DNA of 64,000 bases from an uncultured Gemmatimonadales bacterium (lineage in GTDB: Bacteria > Gemmatimonadota > Gemmatimonadetes > Longimicrobiales > RSA9). Below the pieces are notes generated by a model that was not told where the DNA came from, ran no database searches, and saw only the letters and a list, made by a program, of their open reading frames with translations. The stretch lies in NCBI GenBank assembly GCA_963741945.1, contig CAVUKA010000001.1, forward strand, positions 256,001 through 320,000, written 5' to 3'. The translations under genes were made by a program, and so were the position numbers. Positions 29,869 through 38,440 of the stretch are shown piece after piece; position 1 is the stretch's first letter, and every line of letters begins with the position of its first letter.

Positions 29869-30669
29869 ATGAACAAGCGACGACCGATCACACTGCTGGG
29901 CGCGGCCACGGCCCTCCTCCTCTTCGCCACCGCCGTCTCGGCGCAGCAGGAGCGGGTGGAGGAGATGGCGCGTATCCGGGCCGGGCTTCCGCCGGACGTG
30001 GTGCAGCAGATCGAGCAGGTCATGGCTCGTGCCCGGGGGGAAGGGCTGCCCACGGAGCCACTGCTGGACAAGGCCGTGGAGGGGGTGGCCAAGGGCGTTG
30101 CGGGCCCCATGATCGTGGGCGCCGTCGAACGGCTCTCCGCCCAGCTCGGTGAAGCCCGACAGCTGCTGGGCGCCGGCCCCATGGCACGCACCCGCGCGGG
30201 CTCCCCCATGGAAGTGGCCGCCGTGGCCGACGGGCTGCGTCGGGGCGTCCCGCCGCAGGCCATCCGACACATGGCCGTGAACGCTCGGAACGGCGAGCCG
30301 CTCGCCATGGCCGTGCACACGCTCGGCGACCTCCTGGACGAGGGCGTACCGGTGGACGAGGCCGTGGCCGTTCTCGACGCCTGGCGGGGCCGAGGCGCCC
30401 GCGCCCAGGAGCTGCGCGACATCCCGGCGGCCGTGCAACGGATGATCCGCCGCGGATCACTGCCCGGCCAGGCCGCCGCGGCGGTGGCCGGAGCGATGCA
30501 CGGAGGAGCCGCCCCCGGCACCATGGGGAACGGGCCTATGGGAGCGGGCCATGGACCGCCCGGCGGCCCCCCGGTGCCGCCCGGCTCCGGTCCGCCCACC
30601 GATCGGGGGCACGGCCCCGGGCAGCATGGCGGCCCGCCCGGAGGCGGCTCACCCCCGGGCGGGGTTTGA
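29869..30669 (+). CDS. Secreted alpha-helical hypothetical protein with a Gly/Pro-rich tail
   Basis: Signal MNKRRPITLLGAATALLLFATAVSA-Q; recurring GLP/GVP helical units; SD GAGG. Confidence 0.75.
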   Translation: MNKRRPITLLGAATALLLFATAVSAQQERVEEMARIRAGLPPDVVQQIEQVMARARGEGLPTEPLLDKAVEGVAKGVAGPMIVGAVERLSAQLGEARQLLGAGPMARTRAGSPMEVAAVADGLRRGVPPQAIRHMAVNARNGEPLAMAVHTLGDLLDEGVPVDEAVAVLDAWRGRGARAQELRDIPAAVQRMIRRGSLPGQAAAAVAGAMHGGAAPGTMGNGPMGAGHGPPGGPPVPPGSGPPTDRGHGPGQHGGPPGGGSPPGGV

Positions 30670-30703
30670 CGAGCTGACGAGCGCGCTCACCCGAGGGGCG
30701 CGA

Positions 30704-31693
30704 TCACTCCGCCGCCAGAGTACCGCCGGTTCCGGTCCCGCTGAAGTTCGCGGCGAACGTGCCGGCGGTCCCTTCGGGGATTCGGACGGACCACTCACGC
30801 CGGGGCGGAGTTTCCTTCCGCACCAGCTGAGGGTTCAGGTCCACCACTTCGGAAACCGGCACGCCGGCCGCTTCGGCAACGGCGTCGAGCTTCGTTCCGC
30901 CCGGGACCGCAACCTGATCGAACCTGAGCGGCTGCTCGAATTGGAGACGGGGGAACCCGTACGCTCCGGGGTCCTTCGCGATGTGCGCGGCAGCGAGCAT
31001 CAGGGGGACGTAGTCCCGGGTCTCGCGAGGCAGGCGGTCTCCGATCTGCCAGTAGTCGGCGTCCGTGCCTCGCTCGCTGCCAGTCTCGCTGCGCATGATC
31101 CGACCCACCCGGTTCTCGCCCGTGTTGTAGCTGGCCGCGGCCAGGAAGTAGCTGCCGAACCGGTCGTGCAGATCCTGCAGATAGCTGAGCGCCGCGTCCG
31201 TGGACTTCACCGGGTCCCGACGCTCGTCCACGTACCGCGAAACCTCGAGGCCGTACCGCCTGGCCGTGGGCGCGATGAACTGCCAGATCCCCGCCGCGTC
31301 CGCGGACGAGTATGCGTTCGGGTCAAGTCCGCTCTCGATCATGGCCAGGAAGAGCAGGTCTTCCGGCATGCCGCGCGCCCGCAGCTCCTGCCGGATCATC
31401 GGACCGTATCTCCCGACCCGCTCCATCCACTGCTGCATGTCGTCGTAGCGCTCACCCTTGAGAAAATCGATGAAGAAGTCGACCCGCTCGTTTCGCTCCG
31501 ACGGGAGGTCCCACTGACGCGGGATCACGTCCCGCAGCAGGTCCGCGTCCGGCTGTGCGGCCGGCGCGGGCTCGGTGGCCGGTTCGGCCGAGGTCGTGGT
31601 CGTAGTCGTGCGGTTGGCGATCCCCGCCCCCAGGAGTGCCAGGGTGGACGCCGCCAGCCCCGCCGCCGCCGCTTCCTTTTTCCGTCCGCGCAT
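30704..31693 (-). CDS. Lytic transglycosylase (SLT, MltD-like) with a C-terminal LysM-like segment
   Basis: LAMIESG, AAGIWQF, DERRDP, ASYNTG, ETRDYVP, LNP. Confidence 0.93.
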   Translation of the reverse strand: MRGRKKEAAAAGLAASTLALLGAGIANRTTTTTTSAEPATEPAPAAQPDADLLRDVIPRQWDLPSERNERVDFFIDFLKGERYDDMQQWMERVGRYGPMIRQELRARGMPEDLLFLAMIESGLDPNAYSSADAAGIWQFIAPTARRYGLEVSRYVDERRDPVKSTDAALSYLQDLHDRFGSYFLAAASYNTGENRVGRIMRSETGSERGTDADYWQIGDRLPRETRDYVPLMLAAAHIAKDPGAYGFPRLQFEQPLRFDQVAVPGGTKLDAVAEAAGVPVSEVVDLNPQLVRKETPPRREWSVRIPEGTAGTFAANFSGTGTGGTLAAE

Positions 31694-31788
31694 GCGCTCC
31701 TTTTGCCCGGCTGAATCAACAGAAGTCGTTCAATGCCAAGGGTATAGACTGCAAGGAGCGGGCCCCGCGCGCACCCGGGACCCGGCGA

Positions 31789-32736
31789 TCAGAAGTCTCC
31801 GATGAACCCGATCTCCGGCTCCAGGTCGAAGCCGAGCTGTCGCTCCACCCTGTCATGCGCGAGGTCGATCAGCTCGCGCACTTCACGGGCGGTAGCGCCA
31901 CCGAGGTTCACGATGATGTTCGCGTGGCGGTGGAAGATCTGGGCTCGACCGTGGACGTGCCCCTTGAGGCCGCACTCGTCGATGAGCCGACCGGCACCTC
32001 GCCCACTGACCTTCTTGAACACGGAGCCGGCGGACGGATACAGCCAGAGGTCGGGGTGCCGATCGTCGCGCCAGCGAAGGTTCTCACGGATGACGTGCCG
32101 GAGCTCGTCGTCGGGGGTGGGCCGGAGCCGGAACGTGGCGCTGAGGACTACGTCTTCCCGATCGTGCAGGATGCTGTAGTCGTAGTCGAAATGGAAATAG
32201 TCCGCTCCCACGGAGCGCCGCTCGCCCTCCGCAGTGAGCAGGTCACAGGACTCCAGAAGCTCCTCGATGAAGACCGTTCGCTCCCGGTCCGGAGGGGCGC
32301 TGAGGAAATGGAGGTTCTGCCAGATCGCTCCCCCTACCGTGCTCGGGATCCCCACGAAGTGGTGCAGACCCCCGAGGCCACGGTCGGCGCACGCCTGGAT
32401 GAGGTCGTGGAACACCATGACGCCGCTCTCTGCGCGCACGCGGTGGTCGGGGAGGAAGGCCACACCACGCGCCTGATTGCGCATCACGAGCCCGCGGAAG
32501 CCGCCGTCGCCGACCAGAATGTTGGCCCCGGCACCGAGCAGGAAGTGCGGGACGCCCAGCTCCCGGGCGGTGGTGACCGCAAGAGCCAGCTCCTCGGCGC
32601 TACGCGGCTCGAAGAACAGGTCGGCTGGACCACCGATCCGGAACGTGGTGAACGGTGCCAGGGGCACGCTCCGCGCCAGACGGTGGGCGCCCAGTCGCCG
32701 CTCGAGCTCCGCCAGCGGCAGCGAGCTGGCCGGCAT
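31789..32736 (-). CDS. murB: UDP-N-acetylmuramate dehydrogenase
   Basis: TTFRIGGPA, LGAGANILV.D, GIPSTVGGA, PSAGSVFK, AGRLIDECGLKG, HANIIVN, LEPE. Confidence 0.95.
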   Translation of the reverse strand: MPASSLPLAELERRLGAHRLARSVPLAPFTTFRIGGPADLFFEPRSAEELALAVTTARELGVPHFLLGAGANILVGDGGFRGLVMRNQARGVAFLPDHRVRAESGVMVFHDLIQACADRGLGGLHHFVGIPSTVGGAIWQNLHFLSAPPDRERTVFIEELLESCDLLTAEGERRSVGADYFHFDYDYSILHDREDVVLSATFRLRPTPDDELRHVIRENLRWRDDRHPDLWLYPSAGSVFKKVSGRGAGRLIDECGLKGHVHGRAQIFHRHANIIVNLGGATAREVRELIDLAHDRVERQLGFDLEPEIGFIGDF

Positions 32737-32742
32737 CCGGCT

Positions 32743-33090
32743 TCAGTCTCCGGAGTCGACGCTCGAGACGGGCGTCCAGGAAGGCGCATCGCTGGCCGGG
32801 AATGACTCCATCGAGGCTTCCTCCACCACGTCCACCAATGCGCGGTCTTCCTCTTCCGTATGACGGCCTCGCGGCGATTCCGCTCCGAGGACTCCGCGGA
32901 TCGCGGCGAACAGGCTGCGGCCACCGCTGAAACCCCGGTACACCATCGCACTCCCGCTCAGGGCGAAGAGGGTGCCTGCCAGCGTGTCCCGCCGGCGCAG
33001 GCTCGACAGGATGAGCATCCCGCCGATGATGACCGACATCCATCGCTCGGACTCGCCGATCTCGTGCTCGAAACGGTCAGTGGCGTCCAT
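32743..33090 (-). CDS. Small membrane hypothetical protein (DUF2892/YgaP-like N-terminus plus EEAS.ESFPASD.PSW motif)
   Basis: [11 protein letters not shown], two hydrophobic segments, [27 protein letters not shown]. Confidence 0.75.
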   Translation of the reverse strand: MDATDRFEHEIGESERWMSVIIGGMLILSSLRRRDTLAGTLFALSGSAMVYRGFSGGRSLFAAIRGVLGAESPRGRHTEEEDRALVDVVEEASMESFPASDAPSWTPVSSVDSGD

Positions 33091-33134
33091 GGTCCTGGAA
33101 GTTGGGGTGCGTATCTGCGTTCGGTGAACATCCC

Positions 33135-33151
33135 GGCAAATACGACACCAG
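33135..33151 (-). promoter_or_regulatory. sigma54-like -24/-12 motif
   Basis: CTGGTGTCGTATTTGCC (GG-N10-GC), about 45 nt upstream of ATG 33090. Confidence 0.45.
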
Positions 33152-33183
33152 CGCGAGCGGCGACCGGTCAGCCGCCCGGAGAA

Positions 33184-33266
33184 TGCCGAGGGTGGGATTC
33201 GAACCCACACGGGCTTGCGCCCAGCGGATTTTGAGTCCGCCGCGTCTGCCATTCCGCCACCCCGGC
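33184..33266 (-). tRNA. tRNA-Leu (anticodon CAA); CCA not encoded
   Basis: GCCGGGG/CCTCGGC acceptor stem, GGAATGGCAGAC D-loop, GCGGA-CTCAAAA-TCCGC anticodon arm, long variable arm, GGTTCGAATCC. Confidence 0.97.
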
Positions 33267-33368
33267 TCATGCCCCCACGTGGGAGGGAGCGGCAATATAA
33301 CCTGCACGCCGATCAGCCTCCACCCCGCGCCGAGGGGGACCCGGGCGGCCGGGCGGATCCGCCCGGCG

Positions 33369-34040
33369 TCAGGGCCCGGCAGCCCCCCTGGGCGGCCCCA
33401 GGATCTCGGCGAGCACCACGGCGCGTCGCAACCCGCCCGGGCGGCGCAGCCATCGGCGCAGTGCCGCCCGGTGAACAGGGGAATGCGAGTCGGGCTCGGT
33501 TGCGTGGAGTCGCGCGTGGAATGCCGCTTGCCGGATTTCCGGCTCCGGAGGCAGCGTTTCCAGTGTGATCGCCTCCGGTCCGACGTACTCCAGCGAGACC
33601 GGCTCGGGAGGGGCCGGGCGAGACCGGTACTCGTCCCTGTCCAGCGCGTCACTCCAGGACGTATCCGGCCGCGCGGGTTCCGCGGCGGGAGCTTCGAGCC
33701 ACGGCTCAGGCCCGGCGCTCGCCGGGCGCGGGTCCGGCTCATCCGACCACGGCGAGGGAGGGGTGGAGGGAGACCTGCGCGTTCCGGGCCGGGGCTCGCC
33801 CGTGAGAATCGCCCAGAGGTCCTCGGGGATCATGTCCGCGGCGGAGGTCGGCCCGTCCCGGTTCGCCTGTGAGGCGCGGAGATCCTCCGGCTCCTCCGCC
33901 CCTCCCGTTCGATCGCCCACCCCCGGTCGCGGGGAGCCGGGCCGCTTGGGCGGCCCTGTCTTCTGTCCCTTCCCCAGGATCGCCTGGAGGAGGGGAAAGA
34001 GGATGAAGATCAGGAGGAGCAGGATCTCGAAGCCGCTCAC
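33369..34040 (-). CDS. Membrane-anchored Pro-rich hypothetical protein (YqfB-like position)
   Basis: N-terminal TM; C-terminal [15 protein letters not shown]; third gene of the nfeD-floA unit. Confidence 0.75.
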   Translation of the reverse strand: MSGFEILLLLIFILFPLLQAILGKGQKTGPPKRPGSPRPGVGDRTGGAEEPEDLRASQANRDGPTSAADMIPEDLWAILTGEPRPGTRRSPSTPPSPWSDEPDPRPASAGPEPWLEAPAAEPARPDTSWSDALDRDEYRSRPAPPEPVSLEYVGPEAITLETLPPEPEIRQAAFHARLHATEPDSHSPVHRAALRRWLRRPGGLRRAVVLAEILGPPRGAAGP

Positions 34041-34043
34041 GGG

Positions 34044-35042
34044 CTAATCCTTCCCGTTGCCGGCGCCGGGCGCGCTCTGGGAATCCTTGGCAATGGAGTT
34101 CCGCATGTCGGTGTCGGCGTTGAGGTTCCGATAGCGGACGTAATCCATGATCCCGAGATTGCCCGACCGGAACGCTTCCGCCATGGCCAGCGGGACCTCG
34201 GCCTCCGCCGCGACCACGCGGGCACGCATCTCCTCGACCGTGGCGCGGTTCTCCTGCTCGGCGGCCACGGCCATGGCGCGTCGCTCCTCCGCCTTGGCCT
34301 GCGCGATCCGCTTGTCGGCTTCCGCCTGGTCCGTCTGGAGCTCGGCGCCAATGTTCTTGCCGACATCCACGTCGGCGATGTCGATGGAGAGGATCTCGTA
34401 CGCGGTGCCGGAGTCGAGTCCCTTGCCCAGCACCGTCTTCGATATGGCGTCCGGGTTCTCGAGCACGGCCTTGTGGGACACGCTGGACCCGATGGTGGAG
34501 ACGATCCCCTCACCGACCCGGGCAAGGATCGTGTCCTCCCCCGCCCCGCCGACCAGGCGGTTGATGTTGGCACGGACGGTCACGCGGGCAATGGCAATGA
34601 GCTGAATCCCATCCTTGGCCATGGCCGCGACTTTCGGCGTGTTGATCACCTTCGGGTTGACCGACACTTTCACGGCTTCCAGCACATCCCGCCCGGCGAG
34701 GTCGATGGCGGCCGCCTGCTGGAACGGGAGCTCGATGTTGGCCTTGTCGGCACTGATCAGCGCCTTCACCACCCTGTCCACGTGCCCCCCTGCCAGGTAA
34801 TGCGCCTCGAGCTGTTTGGTGGTGAGCGAGAGACCCGCCTTCGTCGCCGCGATCAGTGGCCGGACCACGCCGGCCGGGTTCACTTTCCGCAGCCGCATGC
34901 CGATCAGGTCGCCGAGCCCGACGGTCACGCCGGCGAAGACGGCCTCGATCCAGAGTCGAACGGGAACGGCCCAGAAGAGGAGGATCACCACAAGGGCGAC
35001 CCCGACCAGCAGCAGGGGCGTCAACAGTGCTACGCCTTCCAT
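34044..35042 (-). CDS. floA: Flotillin-like protein FloA (YqfA/UPF0365)
   Basis: [57 protein letters not shown]. Confidence 0.95.
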   Translation of the reverse strand: MEGVALLTPLLLVGVALVVILLFWAVPVRLWIEAVFAGVTVGLGDLIGMRLRKVNPAGVVRPLIAATKAGLSLTTKQLEAHYLAGGHVDRVVKALISADKANIELPFQQAAAIDLAGRDVLEAVKVSVNPKVINTPKVAAMAKDGIQLIAIARVTVRANINRLVGGAGEDTILARVGEGIVSTIGSSVSHKAVLENPDAISKTVLGKGLDSGTAYEILSIDIADVDVGKNIGAELQTDQAEADKRIAQAKAEERRAMAVAAEQENRATVEEMRARVVAAEAEVPLAMAEAFRSGNLGIMDYVRYRNLNADTDMRNSIAKDSQSAPGAGNGKD

Positions 35043-35087
35043 ATCGGACTCTCCATCGAACGGGTCAGTGCCAGGAAAACAGTCGGC

Positions 35088-36566
35088 TCAAGAGGTCCCG
35101 CCGGTCCCCGGATCGGTCATGGCACGGACGACGTGCCGGTATCCTTCGGAACGCACCACCTCGATCGGTGTCCCTGCGGCCAGCCACCCTTCCTCGGCCA
35201 CGATGTCCAGGCGCTCGTCGCCGAACAGGCCCACGCCAGCGGGCCGCAGGTCGGTGGCCGCGGTGCCCTGGCGGCCCACGAGGTCGGCGCGCATGGCGGC
35301 GGACGTGTAGCCCGTCTCCCGGGTCGTGGACTCGCCCAGCATGATGCCGGAGCGGAGCAGCCGTCGGTTCCTGGGCAGGGTGCGCAGGAGCGCCCAGGCG
35401 CTGACCAGCACGATCAGAACGGAAAGGGAAAGGATCATGGCTGCATGACTGTAGTCCACAGCCGTCGAGAGGTTCCCGACCAGGCTCAGGTAGATGCTGC
35501 CGAGCACCCCGAGGATGCCCAGGATTCCGAACACGCCGAAGCCAGGAATCAGGAAGACCTCGATTCCGAGGAGCGCCACGCCAGCGGCGAGGAGAATGAT
35601 CTCCTCCATGCCCGCGAGCCCCACGAGGTAGTGGCCGCCGAAGAAGAGCGCGAGCGCGATTCCGCCGGCGGCGCCCGCCAGCCCGAACGTCGGTGTCTTG
35701 ATCTCGATCAGGAGGCCGAGGAACCCGAGGGAGAGCAGCAGTGGGGCCACCATCGGGTGGGTGATGAACCGGACCAGCCCTTCGGCCCAGTTGACCTGCA
35801 TGTCCACCACGCGGGCATCCGGCAGGCCGATGCGAGAGAGCACGTCCTGGAGATCGGTCACCGGCTGGGCGAACCCGACCTTCTCGGCTTCGTTCGTGGT
35901 CAGCGTCAGCAACTGCCCGCTCTCGACCACGCCATCCACCGCCACGTTCTCGTCCACCATGGCCTCGGCCACCCGCGGATCGAGCCCGCGCCGCTCCGCC
36001 AGCGCCCGCATCTCGCTGCGCATGGCGCTCACGATCTTCTCCGGCGCCTTCTCGCCCTGCCCGTTCACAGGTGTGGCAGCGCCGAGGACGGAGCCGTCGC
36101 GCATGAAGATGCCGTCCGTCGCCAGCGCGATCATCGCCCCAGCCGAGAGGGCCCACGGATTGACATAGGCGTACACCGGGACTTCCGCGTCCTGAATGGC
36201 GGTCACGATCTTCTGCGCCGCATCGACGCGACCGCCCGGCGTGTCCAGCTCCAGGATCACGGCATCCGCGCCCGCGGCCGCAGCCTCATCGAGGCTCCGC
36301 TCGACGAACGGGGCGAGGCCCAGCTCGATGGTGTTCTTCACCGGCACGCGGTACACCACGGCTTCGGTGGGAAGCTCGGTCGGGGCCTTCGCGCATCCGA
36401 TCGCCGCGATCGCTCCGGCCAGAAGCGACAGAACGGAAGCCCGGCCCAGCCAGGTGGGCCGCCGGCTGGCGGGAGACCCCGGAGGCGCGGGGCACACTTC
36501 ACCGGAGCGACGCCGCGCGGGAGTCGCCGACGCAGCGGGCAGCGCTGCAGACTTCTGTATGCTCAT
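35088..36566 (-). CDS. NfeD-family membrane-bound serine protease (long form)
   Basis: LDTPGG, ALSAGA, GAATP, EKI..MR, TM block, C-terminal OB-fold TDLRPAG; ATGA-coupled to the upstream gene. Confidence 0.92.
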   Translation of the reverse strand: MSIQKSAALPAASATPARRRSGEVCPAPPGSPASRRPTWLGRASVLSLLAGAIAAIGCAKAPTELPTEAVVYRVPVKNTIELGLAPFVERSLDEAAAAGADAVILELDTPGGRVDAAQKIVTAIQDAEVPVYAYVNPWALSAGAMIALATDGIFMRDGSVLGAATPVNGQGEKAPEKIVSAMRSEMRALAERRGLDPRVAEAMVDENVAVDGVVESGQLLTLTTNEAEKVGFAQPVTDLQDVLSRIGLPDARVVDMQVNWAEGLVRFITHPMVAPLLLSLGFLGLLIEIKTPTFGLAGAAGGIALALFFGGHYLVGLAGMEEIILLAAGVALLGIEVFLIPGFGVFGILGILGVLGSIYLSLVGNLSTAVDYSHAAMILSLSVLIVLVSAWALLRTLPRNRRLLRSGIMLGESTTRETGYTSAAMRADLVGRQGTAATDLRPAGVGLFGDERLDIVAEEGWLAAGTPIEVVRSEGYRHVVRAMTDPGTGGTS

Positions 36567-37303
36567 GTCGATTCCGCCAGCTCGATGGCGTAATAGGCCC
36601 GCTGAATGGCCAGCAGGTAGTCTCCGGCCTCTACGGCTCTGGCGGACCAATCCTTCAGACGACGAGCGCGCTCCAGCGCGGCCTCGCCCCCGCCGGACTG
36701 CGGCCGCTTCGCTTCCGCGGCCTCCACGGCCGCCGCAGCCTCGCCCGACAGGCGGCGAGCCAGATACCGCGGCGTGGTCTCTACGAGCTCGGAGGTGGCG
36801 AGCAGAAGGTAGTACGCCCGGCCGCGCGCATCGCCGCTCGCGTCCGACCGCTCCAGGAGCGAGCGCGCGGCGTCGAGTCGCTCATCGATCGCCGGGATCT
36901 CGACGTGCCGGAGCATGGCATCCGCAGTGACCATCCATGCATCCATCCGCTCGCGCGCGGCGCTCCACTGTGTGCTGTCGAGCGAAGCACCGAGGATCGG
37001 GGCGGCGTAGCTGGCGGCCAGGCGGCGGCGGGCGCGACCACGCCCGTCCATGGCGGCCGTTCCGGCGTCCCACAGCTCCCGGGCGCGGAAGAGGGATGCC
37101 TGGTCGGCACCCTCCACCTGGATTTCGGCGGCGAGATCGGGGAGGAACGGCAGTGACGCGGCCGAGCGCATCACGGCCTCCGCCTCGGCCGAATCCACGA
37201 GGGCGTCGGGATCGGTGATCTCGTCGCCGCACCCGGCCAGAAAGGCCGTGGACAGGGCGAGCGAGAACATCGCGGGCAGCCACAAGGGACGTCGCAAGGC
37301 CAA
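36563..37303 (-). CDS. Putative alpha-helical lipoprotein
   Basis: Lipobox FLAG-C after a hydrophobic stretch; TTG start. Confidence 0.7.
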   Translation of the reverse strand: MALRRPLWLPAMFSLALSTAFLAGCGDEITDPDALVDSAEAEAVMRSAASLPFLPDLAAEIQVEGADQASLFRARELWDAGTAAMDGRGRARRRLAASYAAPILGASLDSTQWSAARERMDAWMVTADAMLRHVEIPAIDERLDAARSLLERSDASGDARGRAYYLLLATSELVETTPRYLARRLSGEAAAAVEAAEAKRPQSGGGEAALERARRLKDWSARAVEAGDYLLAIQRAYYAIELAEST

Positions 37304-37330
37304 CTTCCGGAGGCGGTGGATAGTGGGTGA

Positions 37331-37400
37331 AAGCTATTCCTGCGCGCGACTCCGGGCAAGACGGCAGGGGTTGACCCGCGGTTCCAGGGGCCCGTACGTT
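37331..37400. promoter_or_regulatory. Back-to-back sigma70-type promoters
   Basis: Minus: TTGCCC(37354-37359)-N17-TAGCTT(37331-37336). Plus: TTGACC(37371)-N18-TACGTT(37395-37400). Confidence 0.55.
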
Positions 37401-37495
37401 GCGGCCGGTTCCGGCGACGGACGCGCCTCTCGGTTTTGCCCCGGGGGCGCGTCCGCGTTTCCACGCGAGACACCTACCCAATCCGGAGGAACGGC

Positions 37496-38332
37496 ATGGC
37501 CGAGGATCCCCACAGGGAGGACCAGGAGGGCAGCAAGAAGAAGACGCTCGTGCACTTCAGCGTAAAGAACGGCGTCGCGCTGATGACCCTCGATGACCCG
37601 CCCGCGAATACGTACACCTACGCTCTGATGCGGCAGCTGGACGACGGCATCCTGCGCGCCCGCATGCGTGACGACGTCCACGTGGTGGTCATCACCGGGC
37701 AGGGCGAGAAGTTCTTTTCCGCCGGTGCCAACATCCAGATGCTGGACGAGGTGACAGCCGGGTTCAAGTACTGCTTCTGTCTGCACGCGAACGAGACGCT
37801 GCAGCGGCTGGAGCAGACGCCCAAGCTGGTGATCGCCGCGCTGAACGGGCACACCGTGGGTGGCGGTCTCGAGATCGCCATGGCTGCGGACATCCGGGTC
37901 GCGCGCAAGGATGGCGGCAAGATCGGCCTGCCGGAAGTCACGCTGGGTGTGCTTGCCGGTACGGGCGGCACGCAGCGCCTGGCGCGGATCGTGGGCAAGT
38001 CCAAAGCCATCGAGATGATGGTCACCGGCACCACGTTCGATTTCGACACGGCCAAGGAGTACGGCCTGGTGAACGATGTCTGGGAGGCGGAGAGCCACGA
38101 GGCGTTCATGGACCGGGTCATGGAGTACGCCGAGTCGTTCGCGCCGCCGAACCGGGCCGGGAAGGCGGTTGGCATGATCAAGCGGGCCGTGCAGACGGGA
38201 TGGGAGCTTCCCCTGGCGGAGGCGCTGGCCGTGGAGCGGGAACTCCAGCAGCAGCTTTTCCAGAGCCAGGATGCCCGGGAGGGGATCGCCAGCTACCTGG
38301 AGAAGCGGAAGCCGCAGTTCAAGGGCAAGTAG
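37496..38332 (+). CDS. Enoyl-CoA hydratase/isomerase family (crotonase fold, both catalytic Glu)
   Basis: FSAGAN, NGHTVGGGLEIAMAADIR, GLPEV.LG...GGTQRL; SD GGAGGA. Confidence 0.93.
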   Translation: MAEDPHREDQEGSKKKTLVHFSVKNGVALMTLDDPPANTYTYALMRQLDDGILRARMRDDVHVVVITGQGEKFFSAGANIQMLDEVTAGFKYCFCLHANETLQRLEQTPKLVIAALNGHTVGGGLEIAMAADIRVARKDGGKIGLPEVTLGVLAGTGGTQRLARIVGKSKAIEMMVTGTTFDFDTAKEYGLVNDVWEAESHEAFMDRVMEYAESFAPPNRAGKAVGMIKRAVQTGWELPLAEALAVERELQQQLFQSQDAREGIASYLEKRKPQFKGK

Positions 38333-38440
38333 CGCCGGATTCCCGCCAGGACTGCCGCCGGGCGCCCGCCGTCGGGCCCCGGGGGCGGTCCGCGGCGCCC
38401 TTCCCTGCCCGAACTCTATCACCCTGATCCCGAGGACTCC

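Noticed and set aside
33184-33266. tRNA-Leu as an island integration site
   Set aside because: No integrase, no duplicated tRNA 3' end seen, and no compositional shift nearby.
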